DNA from: an uncultured delta proteobacterium
Lineage (GTDB): Bacteria; Desulfobacterota; Zymogenia; Zymogenales; Zymogenaceae
NCBI GenBank assembly: GCA_963848155.1
Contig: CAWKCL010000006.1
Span: 595,528-659,527, forward strand
Reading direction: 5' to 3'
DNA length: 64,000 nt
Shown: positions 52,063 through 64,000 of the stretch, piece after piece
Numbering within the stretch: position 1 is the first letter of the stretch
How the letters are laid out: each line of letters begins with the position of its first letter
The notes under the pieces: generated by a model
Told to the model about the DNA's origin: nothing
Database searches by the model: none
The model's input: only the letters and a program-made list of their open reading frames with translations
Program-made: the position numbers and the translations under genes

Positions 52063-52491
52063 TCAACGCATCAAACCCTTGTACAGGTCCTGAAGCTCTT
52101 TTATCCTCTCCGTATACTCCAGGTCGAGCTTATACCCCTTCTCCTTGACAAAGGCCAGACCCAGCGGCTCCGGGGCCAGGGCCGAACCATAGATGCTCAG
52201 ATAGTCTGCCGAAGGGGCAATGTTGAGGATTATGACATCCTCGATTTCATTACTGCTCATGACCTCTCCCCCCAGGTATGGAGTATAGCTCTCCCGGGCC
52301 CAGGAAAAGACCGCTTCCCGTTCCTTTTCATCTTCCGGAGGGGCGAGCACGCACTTGAAAAACGCCTCCGCGTCATCGTTGGAAATCGCCTTGAATATAG
52401 CTTCCTGGCAGGCTTCGGGCGTTCGATACCCACATCCCGAGACCGCCACAACCGCCAGTATCACGACAAACCCGATCAGATATCTTTTCAT
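52063..52491 (-). CDS. Hypothetical lipoprotein
   Basis: MKR + hydrophobic core + VSGC lipobox; GAGG RBS. Confidence 0.75.
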   Translation of the reverse strand: MKRYLIGFVVILAVVAVSGCGYRTPEACQEAIFKAISNDDAEAFFKCVLAPPEDEKEREAVFSWARESYTPYLGGEVMSSNEIEDVIILNIAPSADYLSIYGSALAPEPLGLAFVKEKGYKLDLEYTERIKELQDLYKGLMR

Positions 52492-52583
52492 GGTATCCTC
52501 AAATCTTTTTTACCGTTCTGAAACGCACGCCTATTAAACCGTGCGCCTCTCATTATGTCAAGAAAAAACCAACCGGCGGCCCC

Positions 52584-52612
52584 TTGACTTTACCTCTAAA
52601 TTTGCTTACATT
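52584..52612 (+). promoter_or_regulatory. Sigma70-like promoter of the hsp20-dnaJ operon
   Basis: TTGACT-17-TACATT in an AT-rich intergenic region. Confidence 0.45.
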
Positions 52613-52673
52613 ATTCTTGAAAGGATGGTATAATTCAAAAATATATCCTTATTCATCGAAGGAGGTGTTCTCG

Positions 52674-53123
52674 ATGGCTCTGATCAGGTGGGACCCCTTC
52701 CGCGATCTTCTCACGCTGCAGGATAGGATGGACCGGCTCTTCCAGGACAGCATGACCAGAAATCGCGGCTATGAGGAATCCCTGGCTCCCGGGTTCTGGT
52801 CTCCACCCGTCGATATCTATGAGACCGACGAGGCCGTCATCCTGAAGGCGGAGCTTGCGGGATTGAATAAGAGCGATGTAACGATCGAGGTTAAGAATTC
52901 GACCCTGGTTCTCCGGGGCGAGCGCAAGTTTGAGAAAGATATCAAGGAAGAGAATTATCACCGAATTGAGCGGTCATACGGCGCCTTCTCCCGGACGTTT
53001 GCACTGCCCCAGACAGTCGACCACTCAAAGGTGACCGCAACGTTCAAGGACGGCCTCCTGGAGATTACGATTCCGAAGATTCATGACGCGCGTCCCAAAC
53101 AGATCGAGATCAAAGAGAAGTAA
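52674..53123 (+). CDS. Hsp20/alpha-crystallin small heat-shock protein
   Basis: RWDPFRDL, PPVDIYET, RIERSYGAFSR.F.LP, ATFKDGLLEI.IPK; AAGGAGG RBS. Confidence 0.96.
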   Translation: MALIRWDPFRDLLTLQDRMDRLFQDSMTRNRGYEESLAPGFWSPPVDIYETDEAVILKAELAGLNKSDVTIEVKNSTLVLRGERKFEKDIKEENYHRIERSYGAFSRTFALPQTVDHSKVTATFKDGLLEITIPKIHDARPKQIEIKEK

Positions 53124-53167
53124 CCGTTTTCGTACACCCTAACGGATTACCGGTAGTAATGCATTAG

Positions 53168-54109
53168 ATGGCAAAAAAGGACTACTATGAGGCGCTCGGA
53201 CTTTCCCGTGGCGCTTCGCTGGACGAAATTAAGAAGGCTTATCGAAAACTCGCCCGAAAATACCACCCAGACATGAATCCCGGCGATCCTTCCGCCGAAG
53301 ACAAATTCAAAGGGATTTCCGAGGCTTACGAAGTACTCACCGACCCCGAAAAGAAGAAGATGTACGATCAGTTCGGAGACGCCGCCTTCTCTCCCGGGGG
53401 CGGGGGCGGGCCCGGGGCGCGGACCTGGACTTGGAGAAGCGGCGACGGCTCGTTTGAAGGCTTTGACTTCTCCGGCGGCGGCGGTACTGATCAATACGGT
53501 TCCTTTTCCGATATCTTTTCCGAGCTGTTTGGGGCGCACCGCACCACCACCCGAAGGCCCCGCGCGGGAGAAGACCTCTCCTACACCATGGAGATCGATT
53601 TTATCGAGGCCGTTCAGGGTGTTACCAAGACCATCTCCCTTCGCACGGAGACGGGCACCGAGCACCTGACCGTGACGATTCCGGCCGGCGTCAACGACGG
53701 CTCCCGCGTTCGGCTCAAGGCAAAAGGCAGCCCCGGAATCGCCGGCGGCCCCCCGGGAGACCTCTACATCGTCACGAGGCTCCGACCGCACCCTTACTTC
53801 ACCCGCAAAGAAGACGATATCTACGTGGAAGTTCCCGTCACCATCACCGAGGCCGCCCTCGGGGCGCAGGTCAATATTCCAACCGTTGAGGGCCCCACGC
53901 GTCTCACAATCCCGGAGGGCACACAGGGCGGCCAGCGCCTTCGCCTGCGCGGCAAAGGCGCGCCGCATCTCAAGGGCTCCGGCCGCGGCGATATGTACGC
54001 GGTCATAAAGATTGCCGTTCCAAAGAAGATATCCGATTCGAGCAAGAAGCTCCTGCGTGATTTCGACGGGCAAAACCCCTTCGACCCCCGTGCGGAGCTC
54101 GGCTGGTGA
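53168..54109 (+). CDS. Class II DnaJ/CbpA-like co-chaperone (no Zn finger)
   Basis: KDYYE.LG, YHPD J-domain, G/F region, DnaJ C-terminal domain; no CxxCxGxG. Confidence 0.93.
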   Translation: MAKKDYYEALGLSRGASLDEIKKAYRKLARKYHPDMNPGDPSAEDKFKGISEAYEVLTDPEKKKMYDQFGDAAFSPGGGGGPGARTWTWRSGDGSFEGFDFSGGGGTDQYGSFSDIFSELFGAHRTTTRRPRAGEDLSYTMEIDFIEAVQGVTKTISLRTETGTEHLTVTIPAGVNDGSRVRLKAKGSPGIAGGPPGDLYIVTRLRPHPYFTRKEDDIYVEVPVTITEAALGAQVNIPTVEGPTRLTIPEGTQGGQRLRLRGKGAPHLKGSGRGDMYAVIKIAVPKKISDSSKKLLRDFDGQNPFDPRAELGW

Positions 54110-54197
54110 ACCGCCGGTCCCCGGGGTAGGGGGAGACAACCGGCGTCTCCGTGTTATTGCAGGCCTATTTCGCCGAAACGACAATAATGGAGAGACA

Positions 54198-54720
54198 ATG
54201 GACGCACCGGATAAAGATAAAGATAAGACCGAACAAGACGACAAGGGCTTTGCCGTTCACGACAAGCGCAGGATCGGCAAAGAGGGCGCGCCGGACTCCG
54301 GCTACACGCCCCCCGAGACCGTAACGGAAGAGATCCTGACGGCCGACGGGCGTCCCCGGGCCGAATCTCCCGGGGCGGCATCCGGCGAAGCGACGGCGTC
54401 CGGGACGGCGGGCCGACCGCCCGAAGAGGCACATGCCGGACCCGAGGCCGCCACCCGACACCGGGGAACGGGCCTATATGCCCCTGACTTTTACCTCGTT
54501 TATCATGTCCCTTTCCACCTCCGCCCTCATTTACCTGGGGCAGGTTCCCGATCCCGTATCCGGCAAGACCATCACCGATCTTGTGGGGGCCCGCCAGACT
54601 ATCGACCTCATCTCGCTCCTCAAGGAAAAGACCGCCGGAAACCTGACGCCCGACGAGGAGGGCCTTATCGACGGGGCGCTTTATGACCTCAGGATGCTGT
54701 TCGTGAAGGCCAACTCGTAG
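54198..54720 (+). CDS. DUF1844-domain protein (frameshifted)
   Basis: GFAVHDKRR at the N-terminus; FTSFIMSLSTSALIYLGQVPDP...IDLISLLKEKTAGNL..DE...LYDLRM. Confidence 0.85.
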
Positions 54721-54852
54721 GCCCACCCCTCCCGCTTTGCTCCCGCGGCGGCGGGTGTGACCGTATGCGTCAACGTTCTAGTCTACACCGGCGCCGTCGG
54801 GAACCTTTTGGCTCAAACCGTGTCATACCGATTAAAAACCGGAGGTACCTGT

Positions 54853-56115
54853 ATGAAACGCACCGTCATGTCCTTTACCGTCCTTCTTTTTCTTTTAACC
54901 CTGCTACCCGCCGCCACATCCCTTTGGGCCGCCGACAAGGCTCCGCGGATGGACGTGGTCTTCCTGGTGGATACTACCGGCTCCATGGGCGACGAGATTG
55001 CCGTCGTCAAAAAGAGCCTGGTCGATATGATTGCCGAGATCGAGGGGGGTACGCCCAGGCCCGACGTGCGCTTCGGCCTGGTGATATACCGCGACCGCGG
55101 TGACGAATTTGTCACCAGGCTCTTCGAGCTCACCGATGATACCGACGCCGTCATAAAGGAAGTCAAGGCCATTGAGGCCTCCGGCGGCGGCGACGAGCCC
55201 GAAAGCGTCAACGAGGCCCTGCACGTCACGATAAACAATATGAATTGGGATCGGAACGCCACTACCGAAAAGACGATCTTTCTTATCGGCGATGCGCCGC
55301 CTAATATCTATGAGAATGACTATTCCTGGGAAAACGAGATCAAGACCGCCCTGAAACGGGAGATCATCATCAACACGATAGGGGCAAGCGGTCTTTCGAC
55401 CGCCGGCGTTGACGTATTCACGAAAATCGCCAAGGGAAGCGAGGGGACGTTCCAGTACCTCACCTATAAGGGGGAGTACGTCACCGAATCCGGTGAGACC
55501 GAGACGGTTATGATGGCCGGTGGTGACTATTACGCGATGGACGATAAAAAGGACGAGGGCTTCTGGAAGCTGGGTGCCGGCAGGGCCGAGGAAAAGGGCC
55601 TTGCCTCCAAGGTTCCTGCGCCGTCCGTGGCCGAGGGGGCGCCGGGTCTCGAAAGCACGACGGGACGCGGGTACGGCGATGACGTGGCTATTGTCGATAA
55701 CAACCTCGATTCGATCCTCGTTTCGGGGATGAAGCAGAAGATGATCGAAAAGGGGGTCACCTACGGGACACCGATCACCCACGAGGTCCTCTTCACGGAC
55801 ACCATTGATTATGCGCTCATAGATACGGAGTTCACGGCGACCACCGCCGATGAGCTCAAGAAGATCGCCAAGGAGCTTGGGATTGATTACGCCAAGATTC
55901 CCGCGGTCGATTTCACGAAGAAATCGGTCATCGGGATTGCCGCGGACGGGAATAGGGGATTTTACGGCCTTGCGGCAAAAGAAGTGACGCTGGACGGCGG
56001 CACGATTTCGGTCACGCTGGTCGGGATGCCCGGCAAGATCGCCGCGCGCCCCGTGATCATCCTGGTGGTCCCCAAACAGGAGACGCTGGTGGCAGACTGG
56101 TACTTCGTGAAATAG
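54853..56115 (+). CDS. Secreted von Willebrand factor A domain protein
   Basis: Signal peptide; DVVFLVDTTGSM MIDAS, GLVIYRD, GGGDEPE, LIGDAPP. Confidence 0.9.
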   Translation: MKRTVMSFTVLLFLLTLLPAATSLWAADKAPRMDVVFLVDTTGSMGDEIAVVKKSLVDMIAEIEGGTPRPDVRFGLVIYRDRGDEFVTRLFELTDDTDAVIKEVKAIEASGGGDEPESVNEALHVTINNMNWDRNATTEKTIFLIGDAPPNIYENDYSWENEIKTALKREIIINTIGASGLSTAGVDVFTKIAKGSEGTFQYLTYKGEYVTESGETETVMMAGGDYYAMDDKKDEGFWKLGAGRAEEKGLASKVPAPSVAEGAPGLESTTGRGYGDDVAIVDNNLDSILVSGMKQKMIEKGVTYGTPITHEVLFTDTIDYALIDTEFTATTADELKKIAKELGIDYAKIPAVDFTKKSVIGIAADGNRGFYGLAAKEVTLDGGTISVTLVGMPGKIAARPVIILVVPKQETLVADWYFVK

Positions 56116-56159
56116 ACTGTTCCCTATAAAACCATACCCCGGAGACATCACCTCCAACA

Positions 56160-56192
56160 AATCGGGCGGCCATTTCATTTGGCCGCCCGATT
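56160..56192. terminator. Hairpin downstream of the vWA gene
   Basis: AATCGGGCGGCCA...TGGCCGCCCGATT. Confidence 0.6.
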
Positions 56193-56405
56193 CGTTTAAA
56201 GAATAACCTACCTAAAGAGACGCTGAAAATAGTGACGTTCGGAGGTAAATCCCCTGTCAAATTCGGTTCGGTTTAGTAGGGACTATAATTGTATCAATCT
56301 TTGGATGAAATATTCCGAGGAATCAAATCCACCCGAGAATACCTTTGAGGATGATCAGCACGGCTATAGGTAAACTGTCATAGATCCTGCGGTCCGTGAC
56401 GATCG

Positions 56406-57395
56406 CTATTTAGGAGAATCCGGTGTCGTGCCCGTCGTATCGGGCGGCGTCTCTTTCTTCTTATCCGGGGTCTTGATAACGATGCCGTCCGGCTTTTCGT
56501 TATCGCCTACCGCAGGCGGCGCCTTATCGTCCCCGCTTCCTTCGATTATTTCCCCTTCGGTTGCACCCAGGCCCATCGAGCTATCCATCGGCGCGGGTGA
56601 GGCCTTTTTCTGGATGATGTCCTTTATCCCCTCGATCCTGAGCGCCACCATACTCGGGTTCGGGTAGACCGGCAGCAGCTCTTCGTAGGCCTTGAGCGCT
56701 TCGTCCAGATCGCCCTTCTCCTCGAGGGCCGCAGCGATATAAAACATGGCCTCCATCACGAGGGGCGAATCAGGATATCCGTCGATCAACTTCGTGTAGT
56801 ACTCGATGGCTTTATCGACTTTGCCGCCCCCCTCTACATAGTACGTGTTGGCGATGTCGAAATATATCTCGGGTTTGAGCTTCGTACGATGATAGGTATC
56901 CAAAAGGATCAGGTATTCGAGCCTGGCCTGGTCAAAATCCCGCATAGAATAGTAGCAGCGCGCGAGCTTGTATTGATACTTGTCGATATCGTCGTGGCCG
57001 GGGTAGTTCTCGATGAGTTTTCTCAGCTCCACGATAGCCTGTCCGTAATTGCCCATCTTGTTCATGTATATGTCGGCGATATCGGCCTGCGATTCGAAAG
57101 CGAGCTCATCATCGGGATAGTAATAAACGAGATAGGCGAAGTCTTCGACGGCGTCTTCGTAGCGTTTGAGGTATAAGAAGTTGATCGTGCCCGATCTGAA
57201 CAGCGCCTGGGCCGCATAGTCCGAGTGGGGATTGAGGATGGCGATCTCCCGGAACATCTCGGCCGCTTCTTCATAGTGCTCTTTTTCGCACAGCTTATCG
57301 GCCCGCTCGAAATCATCCTTGACGGGATCCTTTGCACAGGAAGCCAGACCGGCAATGAGGAAAATCCCCAGAATCGTAATAAAAGCCCTACGCAT
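56406..57395 (-). CDS. TPR lipoprotein (BamD/CpoB-like repeats)
   Basis: LASC lipobox; repeated A...Y..LI..YP.S TPR pattern; start overlaps the gyrA stop. Confidence 0.85.
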   Translation of the reverse strand: MRRAFITILGIFLIAGLASCAKDPVKDDFERADKLCEKEHYEEAAEMFREIAILNPHSDYAAQALFRSGTINFLYLKRYEDAVEDFAYLVYYYPDDELAFESQADIADIYMNKMGNYGQAIVELRKLIENYPGHDDIDKYQYKLARCYYSMRDFDQARLEYLILLDTYHRTKLKPEIYFDIANTYYVEGGGKVDKAIEYYTKLIDGYPDSPLVMEAMFYIAAALEEKGDLDEALKAYEELLPVYPNPSMVALRIEGIKDIIQKKASPAPMDSSMGLGATEGEIIEGSGDDKAPPAVGDNEKPDGIVIKTPDKKKETPPDTTGTTPDSPK

Positions 57396-59835
57396 TGCCG
57401 TTTTCCTCCTCCTTTTCGGCCAGTACCGCAATACCGACGAGCCGTTCCCCCGGGTCCAGGTTCATCAGACGCACCCCCTGGGTGTTTCTCCCGATTATCG
57501 AGACGGATGATGCCTTGAGCCTCAGAAACTTCCCCTTGTCCGATATCATGATAATCTCATCATCGGGCAGTATGCTCCGTATGCCGATGAGCTTCCCGGT
57601 CTTTTCGGTAGCCCGGAGCGCAATAACCCCTTTCCCGCCCCGCTTGAACGCCGGGTATTCATCCTCCTTGGTCCGCTTGCCGAACCCGTTGGCCGTAGCG
57701 GTAAGGATACTGCACCCCTCGGTGACCAGCGCCATGCCCACTACCCGGTCCTTCGAGGAGAGCCTGACCGCCTTGACCCCCTGGGCCGCGCGCCCCATTG
57801 GCCTGACCTCTTCCTCGGAGAACCGAACCGCGTTTCCGTTTTCAGTAACCAGGACGATCTGGGATCCCGCATCCACGGTCTTTGCGATCACCAGACGGTC
57901 GTCCTCGGCAAGCCCCACCGCAACGATCCCCGAATGGCGTGCATTGGCGAATTCCGACGCCGGGCTCTTTTTTATCATCCCCCGCTCGGTCAGCATGATG
58001 ATATGCGCCTGGTTGCCGACGTCGGGCACTACCAGCATCGAGGCAACCTTCTCGTCGGGCTGCATCTGCACCAGGTTTGCCACCGACCTGCCCTTGCTGA
58101 CCCGGGCCGCCTGGGGTATCTCGTGCACCCGAAGGCCGTATGCCTTGCCCGTGTCGGAAAAGACCAGGACGTGGTCGTGGGTCTGGGCGGTAAAAAGGCT
58201 TTCGATGAAGTCGCCCTCTGCCATATCCATTGCCGATATCCCCTTTCCGCCCCGCTGCTGGGAGCGGTACTGGGACAGCGGCGTCCGCTTGATGTAGCCG
58301 TTGTGAGAAACGGTAACGACCATGTCCTCCTGGGCAACGAGGTCCTCCAGCGTGAGCTCCTTTGTCTCCGAGACGATCTCGGTTCGGCGTTCGTCGGCGA
58401 ATTCCTCTTTTATCGCGATCAACTCCTCGACGATGACCTTAATGAGCTCCTTTTCGTCCGATAGTATCTTACGCAGCATCTCGATAAGGGCCAGGACCTC
58501 TTCGTACTCCTTTATGATCTTTTCCATCTCGAGGGACGTGAGCCTGCCCAGCCGCATATCGAGGATTGCCTGCGCCTGGATGTCGGAAAACGAGAATCGG
58601 GCGATCAGGCGCTCCTTTGCCTCCGGCTGGGTCTTGGAGGCCTTTATGATGCTGATGATTTCATCGATGTTCTGAATCGCCTTGACCAGGCCTTCGAGGA
58701 TATGGGCGCGCTCCAGGGCCTTTTCGAGGTCGAATTTCGTCCGCCTGGTCACCACCTCCCGCCGGTGGTAGATGAAATAGAGGAGCGCTTCCTTCAGGGT
58801 AAGTACGCGGGGCCTGCCGGCGACGATAGCGAGCATGATCACCCCGAAGGTGTTCTCCATCGGCGTCAGGCTGTAGAGCCGGTTGAGCACGATAGGGGGC
58901 AGGGCTTCCTTCTTGAGCTCAACGACGATCCGCATCCCCTCCCTGTCCGACTCGTCCCTCAGGTCGCTGATGCCCTCGATCTTCTTGTTTCTCACCAGGT
59001 CCGCTATCCTTTCGATGAGCTTGGCCTTGTTGACGCTATACGGTATCTCGGTGATGATGATGGCGGTCTTGCCGGTTCGGGGCTGCGTCTCGATTTTCGC
59101 CCTCGCCCGAAGCACGATTCTCCCGCGCCCCTTTTCGTAGGCCTCCTTGATGCCCGCCGTCCCGTAGATAAATCCCCGGGTAGGAAAGTCGGGCCCGGGA
59201 ACGATCTTCATGAGCTCTTTTACGCTTATGTTCGGGTTTTTTATGATCGCCAGAATAGCATCGATCAATTCGCCCAGGTTGTGGGGGGGGATATTGGTCG
59301 CCATGCCGACGGCGATACCCGAGGAGCCGTTGAGCAGCAGGTTGGGAAACCGCGCCGGAAGGATCGTCGGCTCTTCCCGTGTCTCATCGTAGTTGGGAAT
59401 AAAATCGACGGTGTTCTTCTCGATGTCGTCCAGGAGGTGCCTGGCGAATTTTGCCATGCGCACCTCGGTATACCGCATGGCCGCCGGGGGGTCCCCGTCG
59501 ATCGAGCCGAAGTTGCCCTGCCCGTCGACCAACAGGTGCCTCATGTTGAAGTCCTGCGCCATCCTGACCAGGGCGTCATATACTGCTACGTCACCGTGGG
59601 GGTGAAATTTACCGATAACGTCCCCAACGACGCGCGCCGATTTTTTGTGCGGCTCGTCGTGGAAGTTCCTGAGCTCATACATCGCATACAAAATACGCCG
59701 GTGCACCGGCTTGAGCCCGTCGCGGACGTCCGGGATGGCGCGCCCGATGATGACGCTCATGGCGTAATCGATGTACGAGCGGCGCATCTCGTCTTCTATG
59801 TTAATGGCCGTCGTATGCGACCGTACTTCGTCCAT
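57388..59835 (-). CDS. gyrA: DNA gyrase subunit A
   Basis: [22 protein letters not shown] catalytic Tyr, QQRGGKG GyrA box. Confidence 0.98.
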   Translation of the reverse strand: MDEVRSHTTAINIEDEMRRSYIDYAMSVIIGRAIPDVRDGLKPVHRRILYAMYELRNFHDEPHKKSARVVGDVIGKFHPHGDVAVYDALVRMAQDFNMRHLLVDGQGNFGSIDGDPPAAMRYTEVRMAKFARHLLDDIEKNTVDFIPNYDETREEPTILPARFPNLLLNGSSGIAVGMATNIPPHNLGELIDAILAIIKNPNISVKELMKIVPGPDFPTRGFIYGTAGIKEAYEKGRGRIVLRARAKIETQPRTGKTAIIITEIPYSVNKAKLIERIADLVRNKKIEGISDLRDESDREGMRIVVELKKEALPPIVLNRLYSLTPMENTFGVIMLAIVAGRPRVLTLKEALLYFIYHRREVVTRRTKFDLEKALERAHILEGLVKAIQNIDEIISIIKASKTQPEAKERLIARFSFSDIQAQAILDMRLGRLTSLEMEKIIKEYEEVLALIEMLRKILSDEKELIKVIVEELIAIKEEFADERRTEIVSETKELTLEDLVAQEDMVVTVSHNGYIKRTPLSQYRSQQRGGKGISAMDMAEGDFIESLFTAQTHDHVLVFSDTGKAYGLRVHEIPQAARVSKGRSVANLVQMQPDEKVASMLVVPDVGNQAHIIMLTERGMIKKSPASEFANARHSGIVAVGLAEDDRLVIAKTVDAGSQIVLVTENGNAVRFSEEEVRPMGRAAQGVKAVRLSSKDRVVGMALVTEGCSILTATANGFGKRTKEDEYPAFKRGGKGVIALRATEKTGKLIGIRSILPDDEIIMISDKGKFLRLKASSVSIIGRNTQGVRLMNLDPGERLVGIAVLAEKEEENGNA

Positions 59836-60034
59836 CCCTGATTCTCCTCACGTACAGAGAAGGGGCCCCGTCATCTTCCTCTTCGGGACCCCGTTATGCG
59901 GTCTGTGCCGCCACTCTCTTGTCGTTGATTGCCGTATCCATCTGCACCCGTCCGACGCCCGGCGCGTCGCCCGTCTTGCCGACGGCATGAGATAACCTCG
60001 ATTCGCGGCCGAGTGCCGTCCCTCCCGATAAGCG

Positions 60035-62475
<2,441 letters not shown>

Positions 62476-62521
62476 TTAACGATAAACGTTTTATCATACC
62501 ATAAATTATAGCGTCCTGGAA

Positions 62522-63644
62522 CTATATTTTCATCGGCATGATGATGAAGAAGTAGTCCTTTTCTTTTGCGGGCCGGACCTCGCCCGGGCTTGACTCGTCC
62601 AGGAGCTTTATAAGGACCTCCTGGTCGTCCATGGCACCGAGGATATCCAACAGGTAGTTCGAATTGAAGCCAATGGTCATCTCCGGGCCTTCGTACTGCA
62701 CCGGGACCTCTTCCCTGGCCGTTCCCATATCCGGGCTCTCGGACGTGATTTCCATGGATGAGGGCGTGATACGAAACTTCACCATCTTCACCCGCTCGTA
62801 TGACAGGATAGAGACCCGCCTGATTGTCCTGATAAAATCCTCGCGGGAAACCGTGATGACCTTATCGTTGCCCGCCGGTATTACCTGGCGGTAGTCGGGA
62901 AATCTCCCGTCGACGAGCCTCATGACAAGAGTAAGCCGGTCACGCTTTACGATGAGGTTATTACCTTCAAGCCTCATCCCAACAGGTTGGTCGCTTTCAT
63001 CGAGGATCTTGCTCAGCTCCGACAGCCCCTTCTTCGGTACGATAACTCCCTGTGACGCGGGAATCGGGATTTCACCCTCGAACTCGGAATCGACCAGCGA
63101 CAGGCGGTGTCCGTCGGTCGCCACCATCCTGATCTTCTTGGTCTTGCCGTCCTGGCTGATCTCGATAAAGACGCCCGAGAGGTTATACCGCATATCCTCC
63201 TGGGAGACGGCAAATATCGTCTTTTCGATCATCCCCTTGAGGATGACGGGATTCATGTTCCACTGGCTCTCGCCGCGTCGGCACCGGGACCTCCGGGAAG
63301 TCCTCCGGGGCCAGCCCAACGAGATTAAAGACCGATCTCCCGGCTGAAATCTCAAGCCAGTTATTATCCTTCTTTTTAAAATGTATGACGATACCTTCCG
63401 GTATCTGCCTCACTACCTCGTAGAGGGTCTTGGCGTCAACCGTAACGCCGCCGGGGACTATGCCTTCACATTCGTATGTCGCGCTGACCCCCACCTCGAG
63501 GTCCGTCGCCTCGATCGTCAGGTCATTACCGGTCAGCTTGAGTAGGACGTTGGAGAGAATTTGAATAGTATTCTTCTTCTCGACGATACTCTGGGTCCTG
63601 GCAAGACCTTTGAGAATATCCTCTTTTTCTATCTTCCATTCCAT
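62522..63644 (-). CDS. dnaN: DNA polymerase III beta sliding clamp (frameshift near 63265)
   Basis: ILSNVLL, ATDLE, VATDGHRL, VPKKG, GRFPDYRQVIP, IGFN..YLLD, IIMPM. Confidence 0.96.
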
Positions 63645-63664
63645 TCATTGTCTCCTTTGCGTTG

Positions 63665-63840
63665 CTCTATCTATACTATATATATATTATAAGAATAGTA
63701 GCACTATGCTCTGTTAACTGTGGATAGGGTTGGCTAAGTATATATCAAAACTCCCGTTTTCGGTACAAAAAAAGTCGGGGACAGACGGTGAATAACCGGG
63801 TTTTTTTACTCACCGCGCCCTATCAACAGCCTATCCACAG
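63665..63840. other. oriC: DnaA boxes plus AT-rich unwinding element between dnaA and dnaN
   Basis: Boxes at 63719-27 (CTATCCACA, minus), 63787-95 (TTATTCACC, minus), 63806-14 (TTACTCACC), 63820-28 (CTATCAACA), 63831-39 (CTATCCACA); (TA)n tract at 63668-63700. Confidence 0.88.
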
Positions 63841-63865
63841 AGATATATCGGCCTTTTACCCAGGA

Positions 63866-64000
63866 CTATCCCCTGAGCTTGATCTGGTTTTCTATGGCAA
63901 ATACCGTGTTCTTGAATTCCGGATCTGCGGCGATTTTGCCTTCGATTTTCTTTACCGCGTGGATGACCGTCGAATGGTCTTTCCCTCCGAATTTCTGCCC
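63866..64000 (-). CDS. dnaA: Chromosomal replication initiator DnaA, 3' end only
   Basis: GQKFGGKDHSTVIHAVKKIE...KLRG*, the domain IV signature. Confidence 0.95.
   Translation of the reverse strand, partial: GQKFGGKDHSTVIHAVKKIEGKIAADPEFKNTVFAIENQIKLRG

Noticed and set aside
52600-52645. CIRCE or HAIR element before hsp20
   Set aside because: Sequence and spacing match neither TTAGCACTC-N9-GAGTGCTAA nor CTTGAGT-N7-ACTCAAG.
59848-59988. 46-codon minus-strand ORF between gyrB and gyrA with GAGGT upstream
   Set aside because: Atypical codon usage and no recognisable motif; probably chance.

Overview
A ~60% GC bacterial chromosomal window next to the replication origin. Gene content and order (dnaA-oriC-dnaN-gyrB-gyrA without recF; ispE-spoVG-tRNA-Gln-prs-rplY-pth; Na+-PPase, MttB, multiheme cytochrome, many Fe-S proteins) suggest an anaerobic Deltaproteobacteria/Desulfobacterota-like organism (inference). 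About 20 genes, including essential dnaN and gyrB, carry small indels, most simply explained as long-read consensus error rather than pseudogenisation. I saw no CRISPR array, prophage, intact IS or rRNA, and no clear-cut new multi-gene system. Best leads: (1) a divergent control region with a perfect 22-bp palindrome in the promoter of a DUF134-NifX pair and an IscR-type box over the promoter of a large FAD/Fe-S oxidoreductase that has a Met-rich tail; (2) a 32-aa bS22/COX24-like ribosomal protein gene missing from the ORF track; (3) a tetraheme cytochrome c heading an EmrAB operon; (4) a lipid-metabolism stretch (GNAT, two FadD, HAD, alkyl-DHAP-synthase-like, CrtI-like); (5) enzymes with altered catalytic motifs (M28 peptidase, Cys-elbow alpha/beta hydrolase, non-pyrrolysine MttB); (6) a parS-like site and oriC with variant DnaA boxes. 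All calls come from reading motifs by eye; no database search was run.
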